Under the pieces are notes generated by a model that did not search any database, was not told the origin of the DNA, and worked only from the letters and a program-made list of their open reading frames with translations. A program made the position numbers and the translations under genes. A DNA stretch of 63,233 nucleotides, counting the filler, from Octopus bimaculoides (taxonomy: Eukaryota): assembly GCF_001194135.2 (NCBI RefSeq). It is 5 parts of 5 records of this genome, joined end to end, with 100 filler letters (N's around TTAATTAATTAA, not from the genome) between each part and the next. Parts side by side here need not be neighbours in the genome. Positions count along the whole stretch, not along the records: positions 30,683 to 53,197 come from NC_068982.1; positions 53,298 to 60,643 come from NC_069009.1; positions 60,744 to 63,233 come from NW_026313984.1; 2 more parts are not named here. One strand, written 5' to 3'. Each line of letters opens with the position of its first letter. Position 1 is the first letter of the stretch. Positions 49,689 to 63,233 of the stretch are shown here, in pieces.

Positions 49689-50209
49689 NNNNNNNNNNNN
49701 NNNNNNNNNNNNNNNNNNNNNNNNNNNNNNNNNNNNNNNNNNNNNNNNNNNNNNNNNNNNNNNNNNNNNNNNNNNNNNNNNNNNNNNNNNNNNNNNNNNN
49801 NNNNNNNNNNNNNNNNNNNNNNNNNNNNNNNNNNNNNNNNNNNNNNNNNNNNNNNNNNNNNNNNNNNNNNNNNNNNNNNNNNNNNNNNNNNNNNNNNNNN
49901 NNNNNNNNNNNNNNNNNNNNNNNNNNNNNNNNNNNNNNNNNNNNNNNNNNNNNNNNNNNNNNNNNNNNNNNNNNNNNNNNNNNNNNNNNNNNNNNNNNNN
50001 NNNNNNNNNNNNNNNNNNNNNNNNNNNNNNNNNNNNNNNNNNNNNNNNNNNNNNNNNNNNNNNNNNNNNNNNNNNNNNNNNNNNNNNNNNNNNNNNNNNN
50101 NNNNNNNNNNNNNNNNNNNNNNNNNNNNNNNNNNNNNNNNNNNNNNNNNNNNNNNNNNNNNNNNNNNNNNNNNNNNNNNNNNNNNNNNNNNNNNNNNNNN
50201 NNNNNNNNN

Positions 50210-50244
<35 letters not shown>

Positions 50245-50248
<4 letters not shown>

Positions 50249-50412
50249 ACAGGCTTCTTTCAGTTTCCGTCTACCAGATCCACTCACAAGATTTTGCTTG
50301 GCCCGAGGCAATATTAGAAGACACTTGTCCTAGGCGCCACGCAGTGGGACTGAACCAGGAACTATATGGTTGGGAAGCAATCTCCTTACAACACAGCCAC
50401 ACCTGCGCCTAC
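50245..50412 (-). mobile_element. SINE family 1, 5' half
   Basis: Matches the family head and body. Confidence 0.88.
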
Positions 50413-50844
50413 AGTGAACTATCAGTAAATGCAGACGTTATACAGGTACGAGCTTCAAATCGGTTCATGCCTTGAACATGTAGTCTAGGGAGGCCATAAT
50501 AGCACGCCTTGTTTCTCCAAGTAATCTTTAGGTTCTTAGACCACATCTCCAATGCCAAGACTACATCTCCAATTCATGAAACGAATAGTAAGCTCGCAAC
50601 TCTTTACTGATTGGATTAAAGAATATTTATCTCTCACTGGATTGGATGCATTTTTGTTGATCGCACCTCAACTACACACAAACATATATATGTATATGTG
50701 TATATGTGTGTATACATATATATATACAAACATACATGCATACATGCACACTCTCTTATGTATGCATGTGTGTGTGTGTGTGTGCATGTACGTCCACGTG
50801 TGTGTGCAAGCAACTACTTAGACTTATAACAGATATTTATATAT

Positions 50845-51281
50845 AGACTGCGGCCACGCCGGAGCACCGCCTTTAGTTTAGTGGAACAAATCGACGCCAG
50901 TATTTATTTTATCGGCCCATTTTGCCGAACCGCTATGTAACGGGGACGTAAACACACCAACATTGATTGTCAAGCGATGGTGGGAGGACAGACACCGATG
51001 CACAAACACACACATACACACACACACACACATACACACACACACACATACAGTTTCCTTCTACCAGATCCACTCACAAGGCTTTGGTCGGCCCGGGGCT
51101 ATAGCAGAAGACACTTGCCCAAGGTATCACACAGTGCGACTGAACCCCGAACCATGTGGTTGACAAGCAAGCTACTTACTACACAGCCACTNNNNNNNNN
51201 NAAGGTATCACACAGTGCGACTGAACCCCGAACCATGTGGTTGACAAGCAAGCTACTTACTACACAGCCACTCCTGCGCCT
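50845..51281 (-). mobile_element. SINE family 1 (part duplicated across a small gap)
   Basis: Matches the family; 51122-51191 is repeated at 51202-51271. Confidence 0.88.
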
Positions 51282-52266
51282 ATATATGTACATACATACA
51301 TACATACATGCATACATACATGGACAACTGCTTCCAAACTTCCGGGTACAATATCCAGATTACAAATGTGCCAATGATAGTTGGCCCCATGTTTTGGGTA
51401 GTAAAAACCTGCGTGACATTTTGACATGAAAAAGAATTTAACGCAATTGGAACAGTAAAAATATGGAAATGCTGTGAAAATTTAAAAGGCGAATATGTTA
51501 TTGTCACCTACATTCCAAAGATGGGGCTTTGTATCTTTCTTAGAACCCGGCTCTTTCCTTATAAACAGAAGAGATCATATATACACGTGACTGACTTTTC
51601 TCAAATTTAATATGAAACATTGTTTTCGTTATGTATATTCCAATGATGAAGCTTAGCATCTTTGTTAAAAAACCACGTATTTCTCCACAGGAAGAATTTC
51701 AAATAATTAAAGACAGAACAAAACATACATAAACACACACTAACACAAACACCCATATACATACAGACATACATACATACACACACATACATGTACAATG
51801 GTGCATGTGGACTTACTGTCTTAAGAAACGTTGCAAAGCATGTTTGTGCCCAATTTTACGTGCGTGAGTATTAAAGATTTTGCTGGAAAATGGAGATCAT
51901 TATAAGTTTCCCTTTGCAACTAATTAAATCCGATATCGTAGTTTTGCACAGTAATTTTAATAATACGAGAAGCATACGGCTGTATGCTGCATAGTATCTA
52001 GTGGCATGTTTGCATAAACACCTACTATGCATTTAATTATAATTTCTCAAAGGCACAGCCACAAACATATACATGTATATGGTGTATGTGTGCGTGCATT
52101 TATATATAATATCTATATANNNNNNNNNNNNNNNNNNNNNNNNNNNNNNNNNNNNNNNNNNNNNNNNNNNNNNNNNNNNNNNNNNNNNNNNNNNNNNNNN
52201 NNNNNNNNNNNNNNNNNNNNNNNNNNNNNNNNNNNNNNNNNNNNNNNNNNNNNNNNNNNNNNNNNN

Positions 52267-52299
<33 letters not shown>

Positions 52300-52410
52300 A
52301 CTTGGGGATGGTCATATATATATATGTATATGTATATATAGATATACATATATATACACATGCATACGTACACACACATATATTTATATATATATATGCA
52401 TACGTATAAG

Positions 52411-52447
<37 letters not shown>

Positions 52448-52603
52448 ATGAATATATATGTATATATACCCCTATAGAAAGTTATACCTATGATCAAATT
52501 CACATGCACGCACACCTACGTGTGATATATGCATATAAACAGTTTATGCAAACTATATACATAGGCAAAATATATATTTATACACATATGTATACTTACA
52601 TAT

Positions 52604-52692
<89 letters not shown>

Positions 52693-53152
52693 TGTGTGTA
52701 TACGTATGTGTATGTATGTATCTATTGCGTGTATATATTTATGTCTATTGTATGTCTTTTTTATATATACGTGAGTGTGTGTGTGTGTGTCCATATATAC
52801 GTATGTATGTGAGTTCTTGTGTGCTTGTGTGTGTGCGTAATCATTAATTTTTTCATGGTTTCCGTGCATTCGTATATAGATAAGAAATTATTCGACTACT
52901 ATCACCATTACAAACAAAGTACAATACAATAAACAATTGCAATCCACACACACACATACGCGCGCGGGCTCATATGTACAAATAGATGCATGCGCTCTTC
53001 CATGCAGCTACGCAAAGACACATACGCAGACACGCTCAGACGCTTTTCCAAACCAAGAACAGATATACATTCATTTACATATGCATGCATACATATATCT
53101 CTGTAAGTAGGTGCGTCTGTCGATATGTGTGCATACATACTTACATGCAAAA

Positions 53153-53197
<45 letters not shown>

Positions 53198-53297
53198 NNN
53201 NNNNNNNNNNNNNNNNNNNNNNNNNNNNNNNNNNNNNNNNNTTAATTAATTAANNNNNNNNNNNNNNNNNNNNNNNNNNNNNNNNNNNNNNNNNNNN

Positions 53298-53338
<41 letters not shown>

Positions 53339-54261
53339 TATATATGTGTGTGTATACATATAGGTATATATATGTATATATATGTGTATATATACGTATG
53401 TATATATGCATGTATGTATATATCCATATATATGTGCATATATATATATATATGCATATATATATGTGTGTGTGTGTGTATATTATATATCTTTACATCT
53501 ATAATACATTTTATATACGCATATATTTTATACATACGTTTTACACACATTCGCGCACACGCACACCCACCTTACATACGTATATATATCGGGTGGTATA
53601 GCAAAGGTGTTCAGTGTCCCGGGGATAAAGGCACATGTGGTAGCATTCCTCACTACTGAAAAGTATTCATTATAATAATTATTCGTCTTGCCACTCATTA
53701 CGACTAATTAACCATTTAATGACAATAACATGAAGAATTAATTACTGCTTCACAGAGGTGACGAATTGGCAAAGAATCGTGAGAGCTTCGAATAAAATGC
53801 CCTGCAGTGTTTTTTCTGCACTTTGTGCTCTTAGTTCAAATCCCGTTGGGAGCAACTTTACCTTTCATTCATTCAGGCATCGGCGATCTTTCAGAGAAAG
53901 TATATTAAAACTGAAAGTATTTATTCGGCAATTTTCTGAAACTATATATACTTACATGCATAAAAATACATACATACACAAAAATTACATAAACATAAGC
54001 GATATAGTTGGAAAAAAAACTTAGAGAAATAAATATGCATATATACATAAATATACATACATCCACATAAATGTATACATATACTTACATACACAAATAT
54101 ACATATATTCACATTCATAATCACATACATACACAAGAAATATATAAACATAAGCAATTTAGCTGAAACAAATTAAAAGAAATATAATCGCGGAAATTGC
54201 CGAATGTTTTCAGTTTTGATATACTTTCTCCGAAAGATCGCCAAGGTATCAGTCACATAGA

Positions 54262-54424
54262 AGCGTGACCATGGCTGCATGGTTAAGAAGCTCGCTTTGT
54301 AACCAAGTGGTTTTGGGTTTCGAGTTCAGACCCACTGCGCAGCACCTTGGACAAGGGTCTACTCTAGCCCCGAGCTAACCAATTCTTTGAGTAACTGGAT
54401 TATAGAAACTGTGTGGAAGCCCTC

Positions 54425-54428
<4 letters not shown>
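54262..54428 (+). mobile_element. SINE family 1-related 5' half
   Basis: TGGCTGCATGGTTAAGAAGCTCGC...CCCACTGCGCAGCACCTTGG. Confidence 0.7.
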
Positions 54429-54458
<30 letters not shown>

Positions 54459-54474
54459 TTGATGGGCTTCCACG

Positions 54475-54520
<46 letters not shown>

Positions 54521-54527
54521 CAGTAGT

Positions 54528-56148
54528 TCAATGGCTGAAACTGGTAAAAGAATAAAAAATTGATAAAATACAAGAACATTGTTTGTAGNNNNNNNNNNNN
54601 NNNNNNNNNNNNNNNNNNNNNNNNNNNNNNNNNNNNNNNNNNNNNNNNNNNNNNNNNNNNNNNNNNNNNNNNNNNNNNNNNNNNNNNNNNNNNNNNNNNN
54701 NNNNNNNNNNNNNNNNNNNNNNNNNNNNNNNNNNNNNNNNNNNNNNAAACACTCGCGTTACCTTTCTCCCATTAATCACTGTTACTTGTGTCCTTATCAA
54801 CTGCAAATAATCAGTTCTAGCGAGTGGTGTCTCCACCAACCATACCCTTATCGTTGTTATATTTTCACCAAGTTCTTTTATGTACTCCCAGTAGTTTTCC
54901 TCATGTATCAAAATGCATTTCTCAGCACATTTCTCCAGCATCTTCACTCTTATTATTTCCTCCAACTTCGCGACTTTTCTCTCCATCTGCTCGCTCTTCT
55001 CGTACTTTATCAAAACCTCCTTGTATTGGTCATATTTACTCGTTCTCTCCTCCTTTTCTTGTACATTATTAGTTTCTGGTTTTTCTATCTCTTTTATGTT
55101 ATCTGTTGACCGTTCCTTTGACTTATTTTTCTTTCGCTTTTTAGGGTTAGTAGCTTCATTTTCGTTCTTCTCCTTTGTTTTCTCTGTTTCACACTTCTGT
55201 CTCTCTTTCATTTCCTCAGTGTGGTCTACAATGTTTGCCTCCTCTGCTTGTGCTTTCTCTTGCTGTGGCTGTGTGAACTCATATAGGGGGCATTTGGTCT
55301 TCATATGACCTCTCTCCCCACATATGTAGTAATTTGGTTTCCTTCCCTCGACTACGACATTTAACATTCTCTCATCTCCCACTTCTGTCTGATATGGAAT
55401 TCTTTCTATGTCCTCGAATGTGGCAAAAAGCCACATTTCGAGTCCAAATCCCCACCAGTTGCGCACTTTTGATTCCGCCACTGGTCCCAATTCCGGATCC
55501 TCCTTGGTTGCAGCCAGCACTGTTTTCAACCAACCACTCCGGTTTAATTTCTGGTGGCACACTGGGAATACGTATTCTCACACTTCTTCCTCTGTAACTT
55601 GGTAGTAATTCTATTTTTGTACTTCTTAAAATGTTGGTCGCATGCTTGGTTGCCTCTTCAATAGTGGCTAACCTCACCTCTACCGTACCGAACTTTCTTC
55701 CTCTGCTGATGTACGTGGCTTCATTCACACTTTCACCAGGCACTCTTCGATTTCCTCTTCTGTCACCATTTCAATTTTACAAGTTTCGACAGCCTCTGTA
55801 CGATACACAACTGTCCTCAGAATTTTGTCTTCCTTGGTCTCTTTTTTTGGGGGAGGGGGGACAATTTGTATGAGTCTCCCTCTACTTCTATCAAATTCCT
55901 GCTTCTGCTCACCTCCTCCATATCCAGCTTGATCAACTTAGTTTCCAGCGGCCCCGGCTTCCTCGCCGCAGTGGCCCTGGCGTAGCTCTCCATACTAGAG
56001 ACATTACCACTCGCCATAGCTGGGGAAAAATGCAGCGGCTCGCGTGAAACGTAGCAGCAATAATTCCACAAAAAAATCACAATTATTTACTGAGACAACT
56101 TACAGTAATTCACATAGTTTTCACAAAGTAACACAACAGTATTCACAA
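54528..56148 (-). mobile_element. L1/Tx1-like LINE 5' UTR plus ORF1 (frameshifted; ATG at 56017)
   Basis: GRKFGTVEVR, VRIRIPSVPPEI, VVVEGRKP followed by ICGERGHMKTKC zinc knuckle, then an E/K-rich tail. Confidence 0.8.
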
Positions 56149-56213
56149 TACTAACGATTCTGCTAGCTCACCGCCTTAAATAACATTGTTATTATTATTA
56201 AAAAGGCGGCGGC

Positions 56214-59200
56214 GTCATTGGATTCATAGGTTCGTTGCCCTCGCGGTAAGTCATACGTTTTGAGCTCCCGAAGTTGTTTGATTTTTGTTGTTACAAGTCG
56301 TTGAACTCGTGTTTTTATTGCTCAGTTCGTGTTGTNNNNNNNNNNNNNNNNNNNNNNNNNNNNNNNNNNNNNNNNNNNNNNNNNNNNNNNNNNNNNNNNN
56401 NNNNNNNNNNNNNNNNNNNNNNNNNNNNNNNNNNNNNNNNNNNNNNNNNNNNNNNNNNNNNNNNNNNNNNNNNNNNNNNNNNNNNNNNNNNNNNNNNNNN
56501 NNNNNNNNNNNNNNNNNNNNNNNNNNNNNNNNNNNNNNNNNNNNNNNNNNNNNNNNNNNNNNNNNNNNNNNNNNNNNNNNNNNNNNNNNNNNNNNNNNNN
56601 NNNNNNNNNNNNNNNNNNNNNNNNNNNNNNNNNNNNNNNNNNNNNNNNNNNNNNNNNNNNNNNNNNNNNNNNNNNNNNNNNNNNNNNNNNNNNNNNNNNN
56701 NNNNNNNNNNNNNNNNNNNNNNNNNNNNNNNNNNNNNNNNNNNNNNNNNNNNNNNNNNNNNNNNNNNNNNNNNNNNNNNNNNNNNNNNNNNNNNNNNNNN
56801 NNNNNNNNNNNNNNNNNNNNNNNNNNNNNNNNNNNNNNNNNNNNNNNNNNNNNNNNNNNNNNNNNNNNNNNNNNNNNNNNNNNNNNNNNNNNNNNNNNGG
56901 TGACCGAGCGAGGGAGTAAGAACGAGGGGTTGAACAGCCAACTCAACGAAGACTTCCCCACCACTATTGTCCCTACAAAGGAAAAAGAAAAAAAGAAGGA
57001 AGAGGAGAAGAAAGAAGAAAAGGAACAAGAAAGGAAAAATGATGGAAAAATAGAGATTTCTTCGCATGCAAGCGAAGCAGGTCGAAGCGGGTTCGTTTCA
57101 GCCTGCAATTGCTTGGAAAATATCGAATTAAATAAATTGTGGGAGAAGGCGAAGAGTCTCTTGAAGAAGGAGGGGAGCATTATCACCCTAGACCATAGCT
57201 TCCCAAAGTGGGCGATTTCAACTTACAGGTGGACGATGGGCGAATTTCTAGAAAATGGTGGGCGATTTGAGATTTTGGTGTCAAACATCAGCTCATTAAT
57301 ATTCTCCAGTCAATGTTTGATGATGGTATATGTTCGGTATAGCAGCAAAGTCCTCCAGCCTTGTGAGGAAATGCTGTTCACAGAGAAATTGCCGCTTGAT
57401 TCAAAAGGCGCATCTATTTTTCACACTCTCAAGTCTTTCCTTTTTGAACATAATATTCCACTCAGTAATATTCTTGCCTGTGCGTCTGATGGAGCCCCTT
57501 CGATGATAAGAAGACATAAAGGTTTTTCACCTCTCCTAAAACGTGAAAATTCCCACCAGATACAAACTGTTCATTGCTTGGCACGCCGGCAGCATCTAGT
57601 GGCAAAAAATATGAACGGTAGATTGAATGATGCGCTATAGTTAGTTATCAAGACTGAGAACAAATTGAAGTCCAGTCTCTTGTCTGATCGAATTTTCCGT
57701 CAACTCTGTCTGAGAAATGATGAGGACCATACTAAACTCTTATACCATGCCGAAGTGCAGTGGTAAAACTGTGTTTTACACTTTGTTGAACTGTTTTATA
57801 TATCTTTATCTTTGAAAATACTCCACTATCCGCTTCATTGATGGCTGCAAGGTGCGGTATCTTTTTTCTTTGTGATATACTCACAAAATTAAATGATTTT
57901 AATAAGTTATTGCAAGGAAACAGAAAAACTCTCGTTGATTGTAAATCATTTATCACTACCTTCATTTCGAAATTGGTGTTGTTTAAGACTAACATTTCAA
58001 AACATCAATTCCATCAATTTCCACAACTTGATTCTTTGAAAGATGAATTGATTGATGCGGATTTAACTACATATCGCAACTATTTACAATCATAGCACCT
58101 TAACATAGTGGAGCGATTTCAAGATGTTATTGCGCTGAACATTCCAAATTGGTATAGCAATCCGTTTGAGGTCGATGCAGTCGATTTCGAGGAATTGATG
58201 AAATTACAAAATGACAATGACGCTACAATGCGATATCACCATAATGGCAAAGAAGGTTTGTGGTACCATCAGAGTATATTGAATTCTTACCCCAATCTGT
58301 GGAAACTACTTTTGCTTGCCTTCCCTACCTCATACCTGGTTGAATCTGGTTTTAACCATGTCGGAATTTTATTTTCCCATGAAAGAATTGGACTGAATGT
58401 GATACAACGAAGAGATTTGAGGCTAAAGTTGACAAGTTTGAGACAGAATGTATCTGCACTAGCTGCATCGCACCAGACATATAGTTCTCATTGAAAAGTT
58501 TTATTCTTTTCCTTTATAGTACAATCATTAATTATTTCTGCATCGGTAGTTCTGACCAATGATTCATTTGGGGAAAATGAAAATCAGAGTAAAAGAAAGC
58601 GCAAGTTTCCAGAAGTTAATCTGTCTGCATAATATAGAGTAAACGCTAGAATTTTATTTACACTAATGGCAAAACTAAACCCACAATAAGGGATTTGTAA
58701 ACAACCGCATATTTAGTCCAAATGGCACTAACAGAGCAGCGAGTCGACGATATAGTGTGTGTGTCAAATGATACAGGAAGGGGTCCAAGGGGATTTTGTG
58801 TTGGAGAGTGGGGTTGTGTCAGGGTTGTTTTTACACAGGTGGGCGATGGAGCATTTTTTGGCTAATAGGTGGACGATATTGCAATTTGGCGCAAAAGTTT
58901 GGGAAACACTGCCATAGACACTCCCATTGAAATCGAACAAGGGACCCTGAAGAGGACAATAGCACACAAAGTAATAAGTCTAAGAACAAAAATGTGCAGA
59001 GAGCGAATGAAGCACTGACAGAAAAATGTCTTCGTCCCATTTGGGATAATAAGATTTACGTTAACAGTGGGAAGCGTTTTGGGACTGTAGAAGTGAGGTT
59101 TCAAAACGGAGAAGAGGCAAGGAAACATTGTCACCTCTCTTCGCAGTGAGGAACTGGTAGAAGAGTAGTGAGGATTAGGGTGGCCAACGTCCCGCCAGAA

Positions 59201-60643
59201 ATCGATATAGAATATGTAGCAGCAGCCGTCCTGTATGAACTTGGGAATAGAACAAATATCCTCCAGGCATACAGGTTGAGGAAGCAAAATTGGATAGGAG
59301 CGGGGATGATGCGCCTCTGCCAAATTGAAGAGGAGCAGATAGAAAATATTCCCAACTTTATCATCCTGAGAGGAGGTAGAAGGCTGTATGTTGCAGTCGA
59401 AGGTAGAAAACCGAAATGCCACCTTTGTGACCACACGAAGCCATTTAATGGCTTTCTGCCTAACCAAGAAAGCACCCACCAAAAATGCCCCTGCTGCAAG
59501 CGCCTCTACCACAGGAAAAGCCCAAGCAACAACCACAGCAGGGCAAACAAACAAGAGGATGCAGCAGCGTGAGACACCGGTCATCCAACAAGAGCGGGAA
59601 AAGGAGTCACAGGAAGAGCAGAGAAAGAAAAAAAGAAACAGAAAATGAAAAGAAGAGCAGAGATGTGCAAATGTACCCCTCCCCAGCGAAGCTTCCGACG
59701 CAGAAGAGGACGAGAACGGAGCGTTGGACAGGAGATCCCAGGAGTGGACAATGGTAAAAGGGAAGAGAAAACAGAGAACGAAAGAAAAAAGCAGCTGCAA
59801 CACACACAAAAAAATAAAAAATTAAAAAATAAAGAAGTGAAACTCCCACACAAATACAACATAGCACGAACACACAAGAACAGAATTAATAGCGGTCTAT
59901 ACCCCGAGCGGGCAGGGTCGGTCAGAGTTCTTTAGGTGTCTACAGACCTTTCTAGGGACCTCCCGCTCCTTAGTGCTAGTGGGGGACTGGAACGGTATCT
60001 TAGATCAACGCATAGACTATATGGGATTAACTAGTGGGAAGCGGGATGCAAAAGCCTCTCAAACCTGCTCAGTAGTTTCCAATTAGCTGACAGGGACCGA
60101 CTGGACCATACCAATGCGCCAATGTGGACTTGGTCAAATCGCAACGGGTCGTCTAGATTGTTCTTAGGATTTTCTGCCGAGTAGGGGACAGGGATAGCAT
60201 AGGGTGTCCACATTTTCAAATAGTCGGCTACACAGACCACAAATTCGTAGTATGTACGCTCGACCTAGATAGGTTACATAGACAAGGACCCGGTTACTGG
60301 AAGCTGATGCCAGGCTTTACGGACCGGCTTAGAGAACTAGTTAAATGAGCATTGACGGGGGCAATAATTAATAGTAGATGGTGGCTCGCCTTAAAAAGAG
60401 TAATAAAAGCAGAATCGAGTAGGTTTAACAAGTACGTAGCTTTAGAGAGAGATAAAGTAGAAAAGGAATTAGTAAATTAGAAGCACTGAAGAAAGGGATC
60501 GCGACCGACGTGCTTGCAACGAAATGTGGTCTTAAAACCACAATTCGGTCTTTGGTGGGTCGGGACAACTGCGTGCTACACGATTCCAAGGAGATGTGCG
60601 AGGCGTTTCACCAGCATTTTGCCCAACTGTTGGGGGGGGGGGG
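56214..60643 (+). mobile_element. L1/Tx1-like LINE (5' UTR, ORF1, partial ORF2 endonuclease) split by a hAT element
   Basis: GKRFGTVEVRF, RIRVANVPPEI, VAVEGRKPKCHLC; endonuclease GDWNGILD, YTDH and GPGYWKL motifs. Confidence 0.8.
57194..58911 (+). mobile_element. Internally deleted Buster/Charlie-type hAT transposon with 8-bp TSD
   Basis: TIRs CATAGCTTCCCAAA and TTTGGGAAACACTG; TSD CCCTAGAC (57186-57193) and CCATAGAC (58912-58919); CASDGAPSM, HCLARRQHL and FPTSYLVESGF motifs. Confidence 0.92.
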
Positions 60644-62154
60644 NNNNNNNNNNNNNNNNNNNNNNNNNNNNNNNNNNNNNNNNNNNNTTAATTAATTAAN
60701 NNNNNNNNNNNNNNNNNNNNNNNNNNNNNNNNNNNNNNNNNNNATAATCCTTAAGCTTAATGTCAGTAGCCATCCCCTAGTCTATGAAAAAATGGAAAAA
60801 TCCTTGTATAGAAGTGTTTGCCTATTGTGCGCAGTGTTTGGCTAGTGTGCGCATGCTCACATGTCGAAGATAGGAATCTTCACACTAAGGAGAGAGAGCA
60901 GTGCATGTACGACAACACCGGATGAAAGGTAATGTTTTCTTTTGACTCCGCGTTTATATTTTTGAATGTAAGAAAGTGTAGAATTAGATTATTATCCTGC
61001 TTCCAGCTTCAGTGTTGCTACCAGGATTTGAAACATAGGGCACGTTCCCCACTTTTGTGATTTAGAGGGTACTTTTGAAAAACAAGGCGGAATTCGCAGC
61101 GGTGTTTAGTGAACAAATTAAACACACTACCCGGCAGTGGCTAAAAAGCGAACTGATCAAGTTTATGTATAAACTTTCTTTTTATATGCTTGTTTCCTTT
61201 TTACACAATATTAAAACAACGGCTAAAAATTTCTGAAACAGAATCCCTACTAATTTTATCTACGAGCCACCACTGATATATATANNNNNNNNNNNNNNNN
61301 NNNNNNNNNNNNNNNNNNNNNNNNNNNNNNNNNNNNNNNNNNNNNNNNNNNNNNNNNNNNNNNNNNNNNNNNNNNNNNNNNNNNNNNNNNNNNNNNNNNN
61401 NNNNNNNNNNNNNNNNNNNNNNNNNNNNNNNNNNNNNNNNNNNNNNNNNNNNNNNNNNNNNNNNNNNNNNNNNNNNNNNNNNNNNNNNNNNNNNNNNNNN
61501 NNNNNNNNNNNNNNNNNNNNNNTATATATATATGCACATATATACATACATATACATATATATATATCAACATAGATATACGTATTGTGTGTGAACGACT
61601 GTGTGTAATTGTGTCTGAGCGACTGTGCGATTGTGTGCATGTGTTTGTGTGTGTGTGTGAAAGCTTTTGTTTAGGCATAGTGACAATAGTGAACCGGTAT
61701 CAGGATGCGATTCAGCGAGCTGAATCGTTGGCATAATCATGATGTTCTGATGTGATAAATTCCGGCATCTTCCAACGCAAACATGCTAATGGTTGTTATT
61801 TATGTCACAGTTGTTATGTATGAACATTTTCTCATCTTAACAACGAGTGCATGTTCAAATCACACTCAATTTATTGAGAGAGAGATTCTGAAATAGCAGT
61901 ATTTTGAAATGTTGTCTCTTCTCAGTACTTGAAACTTTGAATCTATACAAGAGCCAATGAAGTTGTTTATAATGTCAGGAAACAAACTGTTTGTCGATTA
62001 TTGCAGATAACAGCCAACAGATACATACATACATACAAAGAAACATGCATAAAACAAACATATATATATATATATACATACATACATACATACATGTAAA
62101 CATATACACAAACATACATATAGATAGATATATGGGTATGTATATAGAACTTGA

Positions 62155-62795
62155 GGATCTATTTCAAAACGGGGGCACCAGTTTTCATTTATGTTTTATG
62201 TAGTGTTTTTGGTACCGAAAGACTTTCAAACTTCGTATACTTATCTATTTTGTGTTATAGAACAGAAAAAAAAAATTTGTATTCGAATTTATTTCATGTA
62301 AAAAATTGTCTTATATCAATAATTTCTACTAATCACTGACGTCTATTGAGTTGAAAACAGTTAGCGCTGTAACGGTGTATATCGTATTAATCTCCTAACC
62401 CTAACCCTAACCCTAACCCTAACCCTAACCCTAACTCTAGAATCCGAACTCTAAAATTGTTACACACATAGATACGCACAGCGTAATTTATTATATAAAC
62501 AATATATGCGTATAAATTACGATTAAACCGGATGAAATATGTCACAGGGAATAACATTTTTATGACCGCCCAGCAGTAACTCTATTCAGCAGAATAGACG
62601 TCAGTGATTGGTTGAAATTACAGAAATACGACAACTTTAACATGGAATAACTTGCGATGTACGTTTTTTTTTTGTTAAGAAGACTAAGAGTAAAAGATGT
62701 TTTATATGACACATTCTACCAGTGTCCCAAGTTTCAAAGTGTTTCGTTAGTGTTTCGTTAAGAAAATACTGGTGCCCCCGTTTTGAAATAGATCC
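62155..62795. mobile_element. 641-bp TIR element (Merlin-like MITE) with an internal (CCCTAA)n tract
   Basis: Perfect 28-bp TIRs GGATCTATTTCAAAACGGGGGCACCAGT; perfect 8-bp TSD GAACTTGA (62147-62154, 62796-62803). Confidence 0.9.
62394..62434. repeat. Interstitial telomeric repeat: six full CCCTAA units plus one partial
   Basis: Directly visible. Confidence 0.97.
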
Positions 62796-63189
62796 GAACT
62801 TGATAAAATTCAACTACTTTCAGTTGCACGCTTACCATATAATCGGCTGTGTTTGTGTAGCGTGCCGTGTTACTATTGGTAATCATTCTGACTCCCACGA
62901 GAGAGAAGTACATGATAAAAGTGGCGAAAAATAAAAACATGGAGGAAAAGGACATAAGAGCTGTGTGCCGTATTTGTAGTAGAGTAAGAATCCACATTCT
63001 TTATTCAGCGTTGATTCGGCGGAGATATGTTATAGTTCGTAAAACAGTATACTTGAGCCAGAGGCTGAAGAATTGTCCGATAGGATACGGCACGCTATAC
63101 AAATTCGCCTCGCTAAACTTATACTGGCTCAAGTTTCATCTCTTGTTGGATGGAATGCATTTTTGCTGATTATCCTACTCCTCCTCTCT

Positions 63190-63233
63190 TTTTCTTCTTC
63201 TTCTTCTTCTTCTTCTTCTTCTTCTTCTTCTTC
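63190..63233. repeat. (TTC)n microsatellite
   Basis: Directly visible. Confidence 0.97.

Overview
AT-rich, gappy eukaryotic genomic DNA made up almost entirely of transposable elements and microsatellites. The tRNA-headed SINE families and the (CA)n/(TA)n/(GATA)n load look like a coleoid cephalopod (Octopus) draft assembly; this is inferred from recognition, not from a search. No complete host gene, rRNA, tRNA gene or CRISPR array is supportable. Recognisable elements: a Ty3/Gypsy gag ending in a -1 frameshift signal, RTE LINE fragments (one with a PHD-type finger), two different Penelope-like elements, two pogo/Tigger transposons (one split by a Helitron), a Helitron fragment with STPR repeats, Tc1/mariner remnants, three L1/Tx1-like LINE pieces (two head-to-head, one split by a Buster/Charlie hAT with an 8-bp TSD), many SINEs and foldback MITEs, and a Merlin-like TIR element carrying telomeric repeats. 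A few splice-bounded ORFs may be exons of an unidentified minus-strand host gene. Most long ORFs in the supplied track are artefacts of N-gaps and microsatellites. Coordinates of degenerate elements are approximate. I found no clearly new biological system; the best leads are TE mechanisms.
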